Shown here piece after piece: positions 18,537-28,227 of a stretch of 64,000 bases of DNA. A program made the position numbers and the translations under genes. The notes under the pieces are model-generated. The model did no database searches, had not been told where the DNA came from, and was given only the letters and a program-made list of their open reading frames with translations. Every line of letters begins with the position of its first letter. The first letter of the stretch is position 1. Source of the stretch: Candidatus Hermodarchaeota archaeon (GTDB lineage: Archaea > Asgardarchaeota > Thorarchaeia > Thorarchaeales > Thorarchaeaceae); contig JBHLLF010000011.1 of NCBI GenBank assembly GCA_048885865.1, positions 18,920 to 82,919 of the forward strand. The letters run 5' to 3'.

Positions 18537-19946
18537 TCAGTTTTCGATCAGACTTCTCAGAATCTCCTCTGCTCTATCATGTATCTTCTTGATGGCTTCA
18601 CTATCAGCGTATCCATGATAGTAGTTCAAGGTCAAAGTCAATCTTCCATTCATTGTAGCAATGCCGAGTACAATCTCCATCTTCATGCCAGCTGATGGAG
18701 TGAAGAATGCTCTCTGAACTTCAATACCAGAGATCTTGTCAGGGATGCCTAGCTTGCCTAAGTTAGTGCTGATGATATCAGGTGCTCTGCTTCCAATTCT
18801 CTCAAGATATTTCGTAACCATTCCGTCCTTCTTACTCGCATATACGGACAGCTTTGAGTATCTACTCTGATGAGGTTCGATTTGGTCACCGTAGAAAGCA
18901 ACTGACATGGCATCAACCAGAGTCTGGTCAAGATAGTGATGACTGATAACAGTCTCGAAGACATTATTGTTTTCCAAGTCCTTGCTTACAGCTTTATGGT
19001 AGACGCGGACATTGTCCCATAATGACGCATTCTCCTTGTACTTGAATTCCATGAAGGAGCCGCCTGCGTAGAATCCAACTGCATCACTGCAGTCAATGCG
19101 GAGTCGCTTTCTAGCATCCACTGCTGTGGCAACCTTCGCCTTTCCATCGTATGGTCCAACCGCGTCAATCCTTGCTTTTACAAGTGCAATTAGAAGTGCG
19201 GAGTTGAGGGTAACATCATTCTCTCTGGAAACCTCAATTAATCGTTTGGTCTCAGTCTTATCAAACTCGATAATCTCGATGCCATAGGATGTGTTCTTCC
19301 AAGAAGCCTCCCAGATGTTCACCAGGTCTTCCTCATCAAATAGGACCTTTTCTCTCTGCCAATTCTTGTTGATTCTACCCACAAGGCCCCTTTTGACACG
19401 CCCCCACTCTGAACCTTTGGGGAATATATCCAAGGTCTGCGGCGGCACATCTAGAAACGCCGGTGATTTCCTTTTGGGATCGTTGAGATGTAGAAGCACC
19501 TCTCTAAGTGCAAACTCTAGAGACCTACCATCACTGATTGTATGATGACAAAATACCATTAGCTCTGAAGTGTTGTTCCCCTTCACGAGAATGAAGCGGG
19601 TCAACGGACCTTTGGAGGGTCTCAGCGGAATAGCATGTTCAAGGTTTAATACATCTATCCAGTGACTATCAGACTCACGTGGGTACACTTTCACAGGGAT
19701 CTTTGCAGCCCCCTCAGTCGTAGAGTCATGGACTCCAGCTTCATCCCACTCAATCCGCACTCCGAACTGAGGATAGGTTATGAGCATTTTCTCAACAGCC
19801 GTTTCCAGCGCCTGTTCTGACACCTGGCCTTTGAGTCTTAGTACCAATGAGATGTGTGCATTGGGACCAAAAAGGAATCGACGTTCCTGCCCTGTAATGA
19901 TTCGCTTGTATGGTTTACTCTCTTCAGTAGTAATCATTTTCTTCAC
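18537..19946 (-). CDS. Stand-alone condensation-domain / CoA-dependent acyltransferase (PapA5/alcohol acetyltransferase-like)
   Basis: HHTISDG catalytic motif; VDARKRL; STNLG. Confidence 0.85.
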   Translation of the reverse strand: MKKMITTEESKPYKRIITGQERRFLFGPNAHISLVLRLKGQVSEQALETAVEKMLITYPQFGVRIEWDEAGVHDSTTEGAAKIPVKVYPRESDSHWIDVLNLEHAIPLRPSKGPLTRFILVKGNNTSELMVFCHHTISDGRSLEFALREVLLHLNDPKRKSPAFLDVPPQTLDIFPKGSEWGRVKRGLVGRINKNWQREKVLFDEEDLVNIWEASWKNTSYGIEIIEFDKTETKRLIEVSRENDVTLNSALLIALVKARIDAVGPYDGKAKVATAVDARKRLRIDCSDAVGFYAGGSFMEFKYKENASLWDNVRVYHKAVSKDLENNNVFETVISHHYLDQTLVDAMSVAFYGDQIEPHQSRYSKLSVYASKKDGMVTKYLERIGSRAPDIISTNLGKLGIPDKISGIEVQRAFFTPSAGMKMEIVLGIATMNGRLTLTLNYYHGYADSEAIKKIHDRAEEILRSLIEN

Positions 19947-19955
19947 GCAATATTA

Positions 19956-19986
19956 TATTTCGTAACTTTTAAATATTTACGAAATA
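19956..19986. promoter_or_regulatory. 10-bp inverted repeat around a TATA-like spacer in a divergent promoter
   Basis: TATTTCGTAA-N11-TTACGAAATA. Confidence 0.55.
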
Positions 19987-20009
19987 AGCAATCTCAAGAG
20001 ACTGTAGAC

Positions 20010-21140
20010 ATGAAGCTTGAGAGAGTGAAACGTGACTTCATCCGATACATGGAAGAAGTCCATGGCGCAAATCCCTACCCCCGCAATTTCTTTGGGTGCG
20101 TTATGGCCATTAGTTCTGAAAACGAACCAGTCAGTCAGGATAGGATAATGGAACTTACTGGCTACTCCCAGGCTACAGTATCACTTGCTATCCAAAAGAT
20201 ACAGCTGCTTCTACCAATACGTGCTGCAAAGAAGAAGGGTGACCGCAGGAACTACTATGTCTATGATGATGCAGCTAGTAGCTTTGTTCTTGATCTTCTA
20301 CAGAGACGAGTGGACGTACAGGATGTTGACATCAATCTAGTTGATTCCATTCTTGAGAAATCCAATGACCGGGATGACAAGGATGAAACAATCATACGTT
20401 TCAGAAGATATCTCAGAAATATGCGGCTCTATCTCAATCTGATTCACCAAATTCGAAGTGCCAGTGTTGAGCCATTCAAGCAGGCTCTGTCCTCTGGATC
20501 TTTGAAAAACCTCGGTCTTCAGGATGAGAGTGTTTTGGAAAAAGGTGCTCTGTCAGAATTCCTTTTGAAGCTCAAGAAGATCACCTCGATTACGGAGGAA
20601 GAACTCCCTGATGGCGAGGACCATATGACCGGCGACATCTTGCTCCTAAAGAATGAATACTTCACGGGGATTAAGACCTATCTGAATCCATTGTTCTCTC
20701 AGGCGATGGCCAACCAGCTGGTGGTAGTTCATTGCATCCTGCTTGAAGGCTGTGTCACACAGGATCAAATAGAACGAGCAACTCTCCTTCCCAGAAGCAT
20801 CATTTCAGAAGTTCTTGCCTACGCTGTAAAGAGGGGGATTGTGAAAGTTTCAGGGTCTCGCCCGAAATACTACCGTCCAGTAGTATCGTTTTCTGATTTG
20901 ATGCTTGCCAGTTATGATCGTGTAGCAAATTACATCGTTCTCGTTACAAAGCAATTGTCCGAGTTTGTCAAGAAGACTCGCCAGGTTCGTCCAAAATCCA
21001 AAGCGGTCACCGACTTCTTAGATTTCCTGACAGAACTTGAGAACGCCTACAAGCTGGCTCGCGCCTTCTCGATAAATATGAAAGTACAGACTGTAAAGCA
21101 ATTGAAAGCGGAATTTGAACATGGGTTTGAGTTTATCTGA
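20010..21140 (+). CDS. GbsR/MarR-like regulator with a duplicated wHTH
   Basis: SQDRIMELTGYSQATVSLAI...GDRRNYY; second repeat TQDQIERATLLPRSIISEVL...RPKYY. Confidence 0.75.
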   Translation: MKLERVKRDFIRYMEEVHGANPYPRNFFGCVMAISSENEPVSQDRIMELTGYSQATVSLAIQKIQLLLPIRAAKKKGDRRNYYVYDDAASSFVLDLLQRRVDVQDVDINLVDSILEKSNDRDDKDETIIRFRRYLRNMRLYLNLIHQIRSASVEPFKQALSSGSLKNLGLQDESVLEKGALSEFLLKLKKITSITEEELPDGEDHMTGDILLLKNEYFTGIKTYLNPLFSQAMANQLVVVHCILLEGCVTQDQIERATLLPRSIISEVLAYAVKRGIVKVSGSRPKYYRPVVSFSDLMLASYDRVANYIVLVTKQLSEFVKKTRQVRPKSKAVTDFLDFLTELENAYKLARAFSINMKVQTVKQLKAEFEHGFEFI

Positions 21141-21333
21141 AGACGACGAATTCCAATTGCAGAGATTTGGTCTTCTTCTAATCAAAGAAAACACTTTCTA
21201 AGTAACTTAGATTTCAAGAATAATGATATACTCATTCGATGTCTGGTCGCATGATAGGATGAACTAATTATATTCATCAGGTCACGCTAGATGTAGGTAT
21301 TCTGCAAATGTAAGATGAATTCCTAGTTTCTCA

Positions 21334-24063
21334 ATGGAGGGTATTGCATTGAAAAGAACCACAATCACCTTGATTTTCATATTGACATTTAGTACATTCT
21401 CTGCAGCAGTTCCAATTTCTACAGATTTTGCTACAGCGAGTGAAATTGCAGTTGTGTCTACGACGCTTTCTGCAGCACCAGGATACGAGGTTGCTGTGAT
21501 CAGGATAAGCGACGACGCACCTGTATTGGATAGCACTCCAGACACTAATTATGAGCAGTCGAACTTGCTCGACTGCAGTAATGCGAGTGGAGATATATCT
21601 CGTTCATGGTTGAAGTTCAACCTCACGCACCTACCAAACAACCTTCATTTTGCAAAAGCGACAGTGAATCTGTTTACTGTCTATGGTTCCGGTTCTGTAG
21701 ATTACCCCAGAGGGATTTTCATGTCTGAAAATGACTCTTGGACAGAGAAAACCATCACTTGGAATAATCAGCCTGTGTACAACTCAATCCCTGCAGATGT
21801 AATAGATTCACCAGCAAGTCCAGATATGTTCGACGTTGGTTTTTGGTATACATGGGAGATAACTGAAGAAGTTGTTCAAACAATGGAGCAAGATGGAATT
21901 CTTACACTAGTTCTATCTTTTGAAAATGAGAGTACCACCGGCACTTCCAATCTAGGGTTTTCATCAAAAGAATATGCAATCACTCTCGGTGATTCAGGGT
22001 ATCATGTTATGCCCCACATATCAATTGAATATGCAGTTCCATCAACTTCAGATCTTTTGGTCGATGGTTTCTCAGAATCACCTCAGATTGACTACATAAA
22101 TAGTGCAAATCCTGAGTTCAGTTGGACATTTAATGATGGAAACCAAGATGATATTCAAAAGAGTTTCGAACTTGAAGTATGGAACAACTCTGCCTTTGAT
22201 GATACACTCTTGATGCGGAAAAATAACAGTGAGATTTCAGTTATACACGACACCGGAGGAGCTGGAATAATACCTCCAGGTGATGCTTTCAACGCCCCCT
22301 ATGAATTGCGTTTTCAATATAAATGGCCTTCATCAATGATTCCTAAATCTGGCGTTGTTGACAAGCTACTATTTGAGATGGACAAATTGTCTGGGACAAC
22401 AACATACAATGATTTGGCAATCTATATGATCAGTGTAGACGATTCAAGTGACTTAACGACTGATTTCGAGGCTAATTACGATGGTGGAACACCAATCCAA
22501 GTGTTGAATCGATCCCAATTTACTGGAATAACAAAAGATGGATTCATGGCAATCGATATAGAAAATACATTTGTTGTGTCATCTAGCTTAAACCTGATTA
22601 TTGAATTGCGACACACAGGTGCATCGGGCACAATTGTAAATTGCAACTACACAGTTAGTGGTGGCTCAATTGCAGGTAGCGCAGATCCTGTGCCTGATGG
22701 TGGTGCATATTACGGTTCAACTGCAGATGCTGTTAGTGCCCGAACTCACGGTCTTAGACTTGAAATTGTGAGTAATGATGTGTTTTCAGATGGTGCTTCG
22801 ACAAACAGCATTCCGTTTGGGCTAAGTCTGGGAGATTCAGGAAGATTTCAATTCAAATACAATCGAAGTATGATTAACGATGAAGGCATCATTGACAGGA
22901 TTCTCTTTCCTGCAGGTATGACTGGTGATGTCGTATACGAGAATTTCTCAGTTTATCTTATCGAAACTCCACTAGAGGGAGAACTTAGTCACACAGATAT
23001 GGATAGCAATTACGCAGGGATGACTCCAACGCTAGTACTATCTACAGATGAGTATATAGTGCGTGATATAGGAGGAGTATTAGTCATTGATGTGGATGAC
23101 CTATTCTTCTATTCAAATACATACAATCTCATGCTAGAGTTGAGATTCGACAGTTTTGTCAGTGGAGAGCAACGAGCGATATTTCAAACCGGGCAAGGTG
23201 GATATCGTGCGTTTGATTCTAAAGCATTCGAAGGAAATGATACTGCAACTTACAACATGATTTTAGATTTCATCTACGAATCAAATTCAGTAGAGTATAG
23301 CGGCTCACCATTGGTCAATGCAACGACATACTACTGGCGAGTCAGAACTTACGATAGCATGGGAATTTGGAGTCCATGGGCAACAGGCAGTTTCAGATAC
23401 GAAATCCTGGAGAGTGCACCAGTTTGGTCCAATCTTGCTGAAACTACGAGTCCGATTGAGCTGGGAGAATCAATGACTATCTCGATCGATGCTACGCACA
23501 TCACTGGAATCAATCAGGTTCTATTAGAATTCAATGGAATGAATCACACAATGTCAAAATCAGGTGATTCCTTCTCGTATTCGTGGATTCCTGATTCAGT
23601 TGGAACTATTGCTTATACCGTTTATATGGAACCTTACTCAGGGTCATGGACTTCTGTTTCTGATAGCGTTGGTGTTGTGGACACTACAGCGCCTACTTGG
23701 ATTCAATCTCCAGCAGACAAAGTACTGATGTTCGGAGACCCGTTGAGTTATCAACTGATGGCTACAGACTTGTCCGGTATCGCTACTTGGACAATCGATG
23801 ACACGACCAATTTTGAAATCACCAATGGACTGGTGACAAACAAAACTGTCCTAGCTCCAGGAGGCTATCATCTGAGTGTCACAGTTACTGACAACGAAGG
23901 AAACAGTGCTTCAGCATCATTCATAGTTGCTGTTCTTGAGTCCACAGCCACAACACCGACACAACCAGGCCCCTTCGATGCTTCGATTGGAGTAATAGCA
24001 GCTCTTGTTGGAGTCATTGCTGTTCTCGTGATCATCATTGCTTTGCAGAATCGAAAGTCCTAG
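21334..24063 (+). CDS. Large surface protein: DNRLRE/CBM96-like domain, Fn3/Ig-like domains, internal repeat, C-terminal TM
   Basis: Signal peptide; PDTNY, SRSWLKFNL, W.E..ITWNNQP, FSSKE; YYWRVR; TM plus basic tail. Confidence 0.75.
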   Translation: MEGIALKRTTITLIFILTFSTFSAAVPISTDFATASEIAVVSTTLSAAPGYEVAVIRISDDAPVLDSTPDTNYEQSNLLDCSNASGDISRSWLKFNLTHLPNNLHFAKATVNLFTVYGSGSVDYPRGIFMSENDSWTEKTITWNNQPVYNSIPADVIDSPASPDMFDVGFWYTWEITEEVVQTMEQDGILTLVLSFENESTTGTSNLGFSSKEYAITLGDSGYHVMPHISIEYAVPSTSDLLVDGFSESPQIDYINSANPEFSWTFNDGNQDDIQKSFELEVWNNSAFDDTLLMRKNNSEISVIHDTGGAGIIPPGDAFNAPYELRFQYKWPSSMIPKSGVVDKLLFEMDKLSGTTTYNDLAIYMISVDDSSDLTTDFEANYDGGTPIQVLNRSQFTGITKDGFMAIDIENTFVVSSSLNLIIELRHTGASGTIVNCNYTVSGGSIAGSADPVPDGGAYYGSTADAVSARTHGLRLEIVSNDVFSDGASTNSIPFGLSLGDSGRFQFKYNRSMINDEGIIDRILFPAGMTGDVVYENFSVYLIETPLEGELSHTDMDSNYAGMTPTLVLSTDEYIVRDIGGVLVIDVDDLFFYSNTYNLMLELRFDSFVSGEQRAIFQTGQGGYRAFDSKAFEGNDTATYNMILDFIYESNSVEYSGSPLVNATTYYWRVRTYDSMGIWSPWATGSFRYEILESAPVWSNLAETTSPIELGESMTISIDATHITGINQVLLEFNGMNHTMSKSGDSFSYSWIPDSVGTIAYTVYMEPYSGSWTSVSDSVGVVDTTAPTWIQSPADKVLMFGDPLSYQLMATDLSGIATWTIDDTTNFEITNGLVTNKTVLAPGGYHLSVTVTDNEGNSASASFIVAVLESTATTPTQPGPFDASIGVIAALVGVIAVLVIIIALQNRKS

Positions 24064-24185
24064 GTTGCGGATGAAGAGCGAGTTCAAAGCATGATGACCT
24101 TCAGAGTAAGCTGAAGCGCCATCTAACAATCAACTCGTTGGCACTGAGAGAAATGCCCTTAAGACAGGTTCTTTGAATTTGCGTT

Positions 24186-25412
24186 ATGCTTGAGGTCACG
24201 CTTGATCAAGCCAGGAGATTCATCCTCGAAACTCAGGGTCTTAGAACCAGTCGCCAGAGTCGTTCAGTACTGGATGTTGCGAGAAGAATTCACTCCATCC
24301 AGATTGACACTATATCAGTTGTAACTCGGAGCCACAACCTCATCACATGGAACAGGTTCCCGAGATACAAGGAGGGAGATGTCTGGAAAGCTCAGAAGGA
24401 AGGAAAGCTGTTTGAATGGTGGTCTCACGCTATGTGTCTGATGCCCATTGAGACGTATCCCTTTACTGCTTGGCGGAAGCAATTCTATCCTGATGACCTC
24501 TGGAACTCTTTCAAGAAATGGAGTGCGCAGAATAAGCAAACCATAGAGCAGGTGTACAGGAAAGTCAAGAAGGATGGCGCGGTCAATAGCGCCTCAATGG
24601 GAGAGAGGAAGGCAAAGTCCGACGGCTGGTGGGACTGGAAAGCCGAGAAGCGGGCTCTTGAGTATTTATTCTACACAGGGCGGCTAATGGTGCCCTATCG
24701 AAAGGGATTCCAGAAGCATTATGATCTCACAGAGAGGGTACTCCCAGCAGGAATTGACTCTGAGCCACTATCTGATGATGAAGCTGCAGAGTTCGTCGTG
24801 ATGACGACATTGGCTTCCCTGGGTCTGGGGAGTCAAGAAGATTTTCGAACCTATATGGGCCGGATGCCATCTCGAGTATTATGGAAGAACAAAGCCACGG
24901 CTGTTGAAGAGTATCTAGAAGAGGTTGCTCAGGAAGGAGTCATTGAAGAAGTCTCGATTCCAATGCTGAAAGACCGCTACTTCGTACTCAAAAGGAACCT
25001 CCGTCGGCTCAAAATGGCGTCTAATGTGGAGAACGACCAAGTACCAGTTAAAATCCTCAGTCCTTTTGATAATATCATTCGCGAGCGCCATTATCCAAAG
25101 AAGATCTGGAACTTTGAATACGCCCTTGAGTGTTACACACCAGCTGATAAACGCAAGTATGGCTATTTCACGCTTCCACTACTTGATGGCAGCAATCTTG
25201 TTGGTCGTGTTGATGCAAAGGCTCATCGAAATGAAGGTGTGCTAGAACTGAAGTCACTTTATCTGGAATCTGACTTCTGGAAAACAGATGAGGGAATCAT
25301 AAGATTAGTCGAAGGATTGAAGAATTTTGCCAATTTTCATAGAGCTGAGCAACTAAAAATCGAAAAAGTGCGTCCAAAAGAGGCAAAATCGCCTATTTTG
25401 TATCAAATGTGA
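24186..25412 (+). CDS. YcaQ/AlkZ-like (HTH_42) interstrand-crosslink DNA glycosylase
   Basis: IQIDTISVV.RSH (QxD motif), WWDWK, YDLTERV, LSPFD, RKYGYF.LP. Confidence 0.9.
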   Translation: MLEVTLDQARRFILETQGLRTSRQSRSVLDVARRIHSIQIDTISVVTRSHNLITWNRFPRYKEGDVWKAQKEGKLFEWWSHAMCLMPIETYPFTAWRKQFYPDDLWNSFKKWSAQNKQTIEQVYRKVKKDGAVNSASMGERKAKSDGWWDWKAEKRALEYLFYTGRLMVPYRKGFQKHYDLTERVLPAGIDSEPLSDDEAAEFVVMTTLASLGLGSQEDFRTYMGRMPSRVLWKNKATAVEEYLEEVAQEGVIEEVSIPMLKDRYFVLKRNLRRLKMASNVENDQVPVKILSPFDNIIRERHYPKKIWNFEYALECYTPADKRKYGYFTLPLLDGSNLVGRVDAKAHRNEGVLELKSLYLESDFWKTDEGIIRLVEGLKNFANFHRAEQLKIEKVRPKEAKSPILYQM

Positions 25413-25529
25413 ATTATCGCTTCTCTTACGAAAAGAATTATGTGCATAAATGTAAAGCATTTTGTGGATACGTAGTGTGTGGAACTAGAGACTTGGGTCA
25501 TTGTTACAGTATCTATTTCCTAGGAGAGT

Positions 25530-26147
25530 TTGAGAATGAGTGATTCCCGGTGGACACGCTGGTATAAGGCAGTCCTCATAGGCGACGGAGCCGTCGGGAA
25601 GACAAGTCTCAAGAGAAACTATCTCGGCGAGGACTTCATGGAAGGTCACCTTCCTACAATTGGAGTTGACTTCGCTCAGAAGTCAATCGATTATGAAACT
25701 GGCACGGTGAAGTTTATCATCTGGGACCTTGCGGGCCAGCCCTCCTTTGAAAGGGTGCGTCGTCACTACTATCAGGGAGCTAATGGGATATTTCTTGTCT
25801 ATTCCGTGATAAATAGAAAATCATTCGACAATGCAACGAAGTGGCTTGTTGAAGCCTACAGATACATGGGGAGCTTGCCTCCGACCATTGTGATTGCCAA
25901 CAAGATTGATCTCCGGCCCGAAGAGCATGACGATTCAATGATTTCCACAGAGGAGGGGATAAGATTCGCGAACTTCTACAGCGAGAGGATGGAAGTTCCA
26001 ACATCATTCAGAGAGACCTCAGCTCTTACTGGCGAAGGAGTGCAGGATGCTTTCAGCGAGCTGATCAGCCTAATGAGTGAAACCGGAGAGGTCAATATTC
26101 CTGAACGTGCAGAAGTTCGTAGTGGTGGAACTGAGAGCAAAATCTAA
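25530..26147 (+). CDS. Rab-like small GTPase (Ras superfamily)
   Basis: GDGAVGKT, TIGVDF, WDLAGQ, NKID, SAL. Confidence 0.93.
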   Translation: MRMSDSRWTRWYKAVLIGDGAVGKTSLKRNYLGEDFMEGHLPTIGVDFAQKSIDYETGTVKFIIWDLAGQPSFERVRRHYYQGANGIFLVYSVINRKSFDNATKWLVEAYRYMGSLPPTIVIANKIDLRPEEHDDSMISTEEGIRFANFYSERMEVPTSFRETSALTGEGVQDAFSELISLMSETGEVNIPERAEVRSGGTESKI

Positions 26148-26286
26148 ACTTGCCGAATCATTTGGCATGATAACACTAACCTTATCTTGTGTGCTGTAAC
26201 TAAGGTTGTTCACCAATTCCTAGGCGGCACCCGAGAGCGCTAAATTAGGGCAAAAGAACGCGTTGACGAACATGGAGATGAGGTAA

Positions 26287-26874
26287 TTGCGAGACCAAGA
26301 TAATGGAAGCCTAATCTATAAAGCAGTTTTAATCGGCGACGGGGCAGTTGGGAAGACGTCCATACGACGCAATTATCTTGGAGAAGATTTCATTGAGGGT
26401 CACCTCGCAACAATAGGAGTTGACCTCGCAACCAAGAAGGTATTATTTGGCGAAAACGTCGTGAAATTCATCATCTGGGACTTGGCAGGTCAACCAACAT
26501 TCGAGAAGGTCCGAGGGCATTATTATCATGGATGCAACGGAATCGTCCTTGTATATTCAGTGGTTGATCGAGACTCTTTTGACAATGCTTCCAAGTGGTT
26601 GGTTGAAGCGTTCAAGAATATGGGCCCCCTGCCTCCAACAGTTATTGTTGGGAATAAGATTGACCTCCGACCTTTGCGGCAAGCAGACAAGATAGTGACC
26701 ACTGAGGAAGGCAAGAAGTTCATGCAGTACTTCATTGAGAAACTTGGAGTTCCCGCCATCTTTAGAGAAACCAGTGCAAAGACAGGCGAGAACATCCTTG
26801 ATACATTCGAGGAACTTCTTCGCATGATGGCTGAAGCAGAAGCTGGCAAAGAGTCTGACAAATTCGTTGGCTGA
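26287..26874 (+). CDS. Rab-like small GTPase, tandem paralog
   Basis: GDGAVGKT, TIGVD, WDLAGQ, NKID, SAK. Confidence 0.93.
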   Translation: MRDQDNGSLIYKAVLIGDGAVGKTSIRRNYLGEDFIEGHLATIGVDLATKKVLFGENVVKFIIWDLAGQPTFEKVRGHYYHGCNGIVLVYSVVDRDSFDNASKWLVEAFKNMGPLPPTVIVGNKIDLRPLRQADKIVTTEEGKKFMQYFIEKLGVPAIFRETSAKTGENILDTFEELLRMMAEAEAGKESDKFVG

Positions 26875-27022
26875 AGCATCCAGCAACCTTGCATTTTCAA
26901 TTCGTTTGCCTGAAGTTTAGCTCCATGAGGGCGTGTACTGCTTAGAGAATGCGTTATTCCGAATACAGCTTTGCCTACTGGTCCCTCACTGCATGAATAT
27001 AACAAGGAATATTTCATTTTGG

Positions 27023-27095
27023 ATATATCGTATCCGATATATATAAAGCGCAGCTGCAACTATAATACAGTCCCGATATATCCTTACGGATATAA
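27023..27095. promoter_or_regulatory. Cop-locus operators (ATATATCS-N4-SGATATAW) upstream of the YHS gene
   Basis: atatatcg-tatc-cgatatat at 27023-27042; atatatcc-ttac-ggatataa at 27076-27095; TATA at about 27041. Confidence 0.75.
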
Positions 27096-27196
27096 GCGGC
27101 CTTAGGAAATCTGAGCAAGGACTCTTACCTCAATGAAACGATTGTCCGCGTCCAGAGATGCTGATGGCTGCATCTAAGGGATTGCAGGTGAATAAA

Positions 27197-27349
27197 ATGC
27201 CAAAATGTCCAGTTTGCGGTATGATGGGAAAACCCCACATTAAATCAACCTACAAGGGGAAGACATACTATTTCATGAGCTTCCAGCATAAGGAGATGTT
27301 TGACGCAAATCCAGAGAAATTCAACCTTGAAGTGGGAGTTGACGAATGA
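27197..27349 (+). CDS. Small YHS/TRASH-domain metallochaperone
   Basis: CPVCGM...YKGKTYYF...F.ANPEKF; AGGTGA RBS. Confidence 0.85.
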   Translation: MPKCPVCGMMGKPHIKSTYKGKTYYFMSFQHKEMFDANPEKFNLEVGVDE

Positions 27350-27425
27350 TTACAGTGCTACTTTGCCCCAACTCCTTGTGCTACTGATCAGCTCCCCACT
27401 TCCCCTTTTTTTATCTATACAGCCT

Positions 27426-27459
27426 CAATATCTGTACTGATATATCCCATTCGATATAT
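27426..27459. promoter_or_regulatory. Cop-locus operator pair upstream of the regulator
   Basis: atatatcc-catt-cgatatat at 27440-27459, with a degenerate overlapping copy at 27426-27445. Confidence 0.7.
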
Positions 27460-27645
27460 TTATATTCCTCCTTTCAAGTTTAGAATTAGACTTGTGCATA
27501 GATAGCAAGATTGAGGAATGGCCCCGGTAAATAGGCAACTTTTATGGGGCTGGTGCCTTAATTGGGCTGCAGTTGACGCTGAGGATCCCTGGAAACAAGA
27601 ACTGCGGACCATAAGTTAATTGGGCGCTAAGAGGGTGTAATTACG

Positions 27646-28116
27646 TTGGCAGAAGAAAAGACAATGCAGAAGATGAAAGAAGTAGACCTTGACATTCAAG
27701 AGATGCTAGCCGATTTTTCTCAATTCTATATAATATTGATGTTGAACGAGAAACCCTCGCATGGCTATGGTCTCATGAAGGGATTTGAGCGCCGAACGGG
27801 GAAGAAGCTGAGTCCCGGAACGCTCTACCCGTTTCTACAACAGCTCGAAGAAAAAAGACTGGTTACGCAGAAGCAACAAGATGTTGGAAAGAAACGGAAG
27901 ATTATCTACTCATTAACAAAGAAAGGCAAGAAATTGAGTGACCGGTTGTTCAAGCGCTTTGCAGCAATTACTGCTTCTGCACTTGGATCCAGTCTTGAGG
28001 TATGCGCAAGCTGTGGTGCCCGGATCTATGAAGGTAGCCATCACGAAATAGTGGATGGCACTAATCTTGCGTTTTGCTGTGTTCATTGCGCAAAAGCATT
28101 CAAGCAGAGTTTATAG
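27646..28116 (+). CDS. PadR-family regulator with a C-terminal TRASH-like metal-binding domain (likely copper-responsive)
   Basis: HGY, SPGTLYP, YSLT..G; CASC...FCCVHC. Confidence 0.88.
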   Translation: MAEEKTMQKMKEVDLDIQEMLADFSQFYIILMLNEKPSHGYGLMKGFERRTGKKLSPGTLYPFLQQLEEKRLVTQKQQDVGKKRKIIYSLTKKGKKLSDRLFKRFAAITASALGSSLEVCASCGARIYEGSHHEIVDGTNLAFCCVHCAKAFKQSL

Positions 28117-28162
28117 ACTGTGACCGCGGGGCAGTCCCAGGAATAGGAGGAACCAAATACTT

Positions 28163-28196
28163 ATATATCGTACACGATATATCTGATACGACATTA
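28163..28196. promoter_or_regulatory. Cop-locus operator pair upstream of copA
   Basis: atatatcg-taca-cgatatat at 28163-28182, with an overlapping degenerate copy at 28177-28196. Confidence 0.75.
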
Positions 28197-28227
28197 TCTG
28201 ATGAGATACTAACCAAGGTGAAGAAAG

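Noticed and set aside
26526-27059. 177-aa minus-strand ORF antisense to a Rab-like gene
   Set aside because: Mostly a shadow of the GTPase gene with no motif; the nearby TATA is explained by the + strand cop promoter
27329-27402. Eukaryote-like SECIS (ATGA…TGA within a hairpin) and Sec readthrough of the YHS stop
   Set aside because: Helix II does not form in SECIS register, and readthrough gives no meaningful sequence
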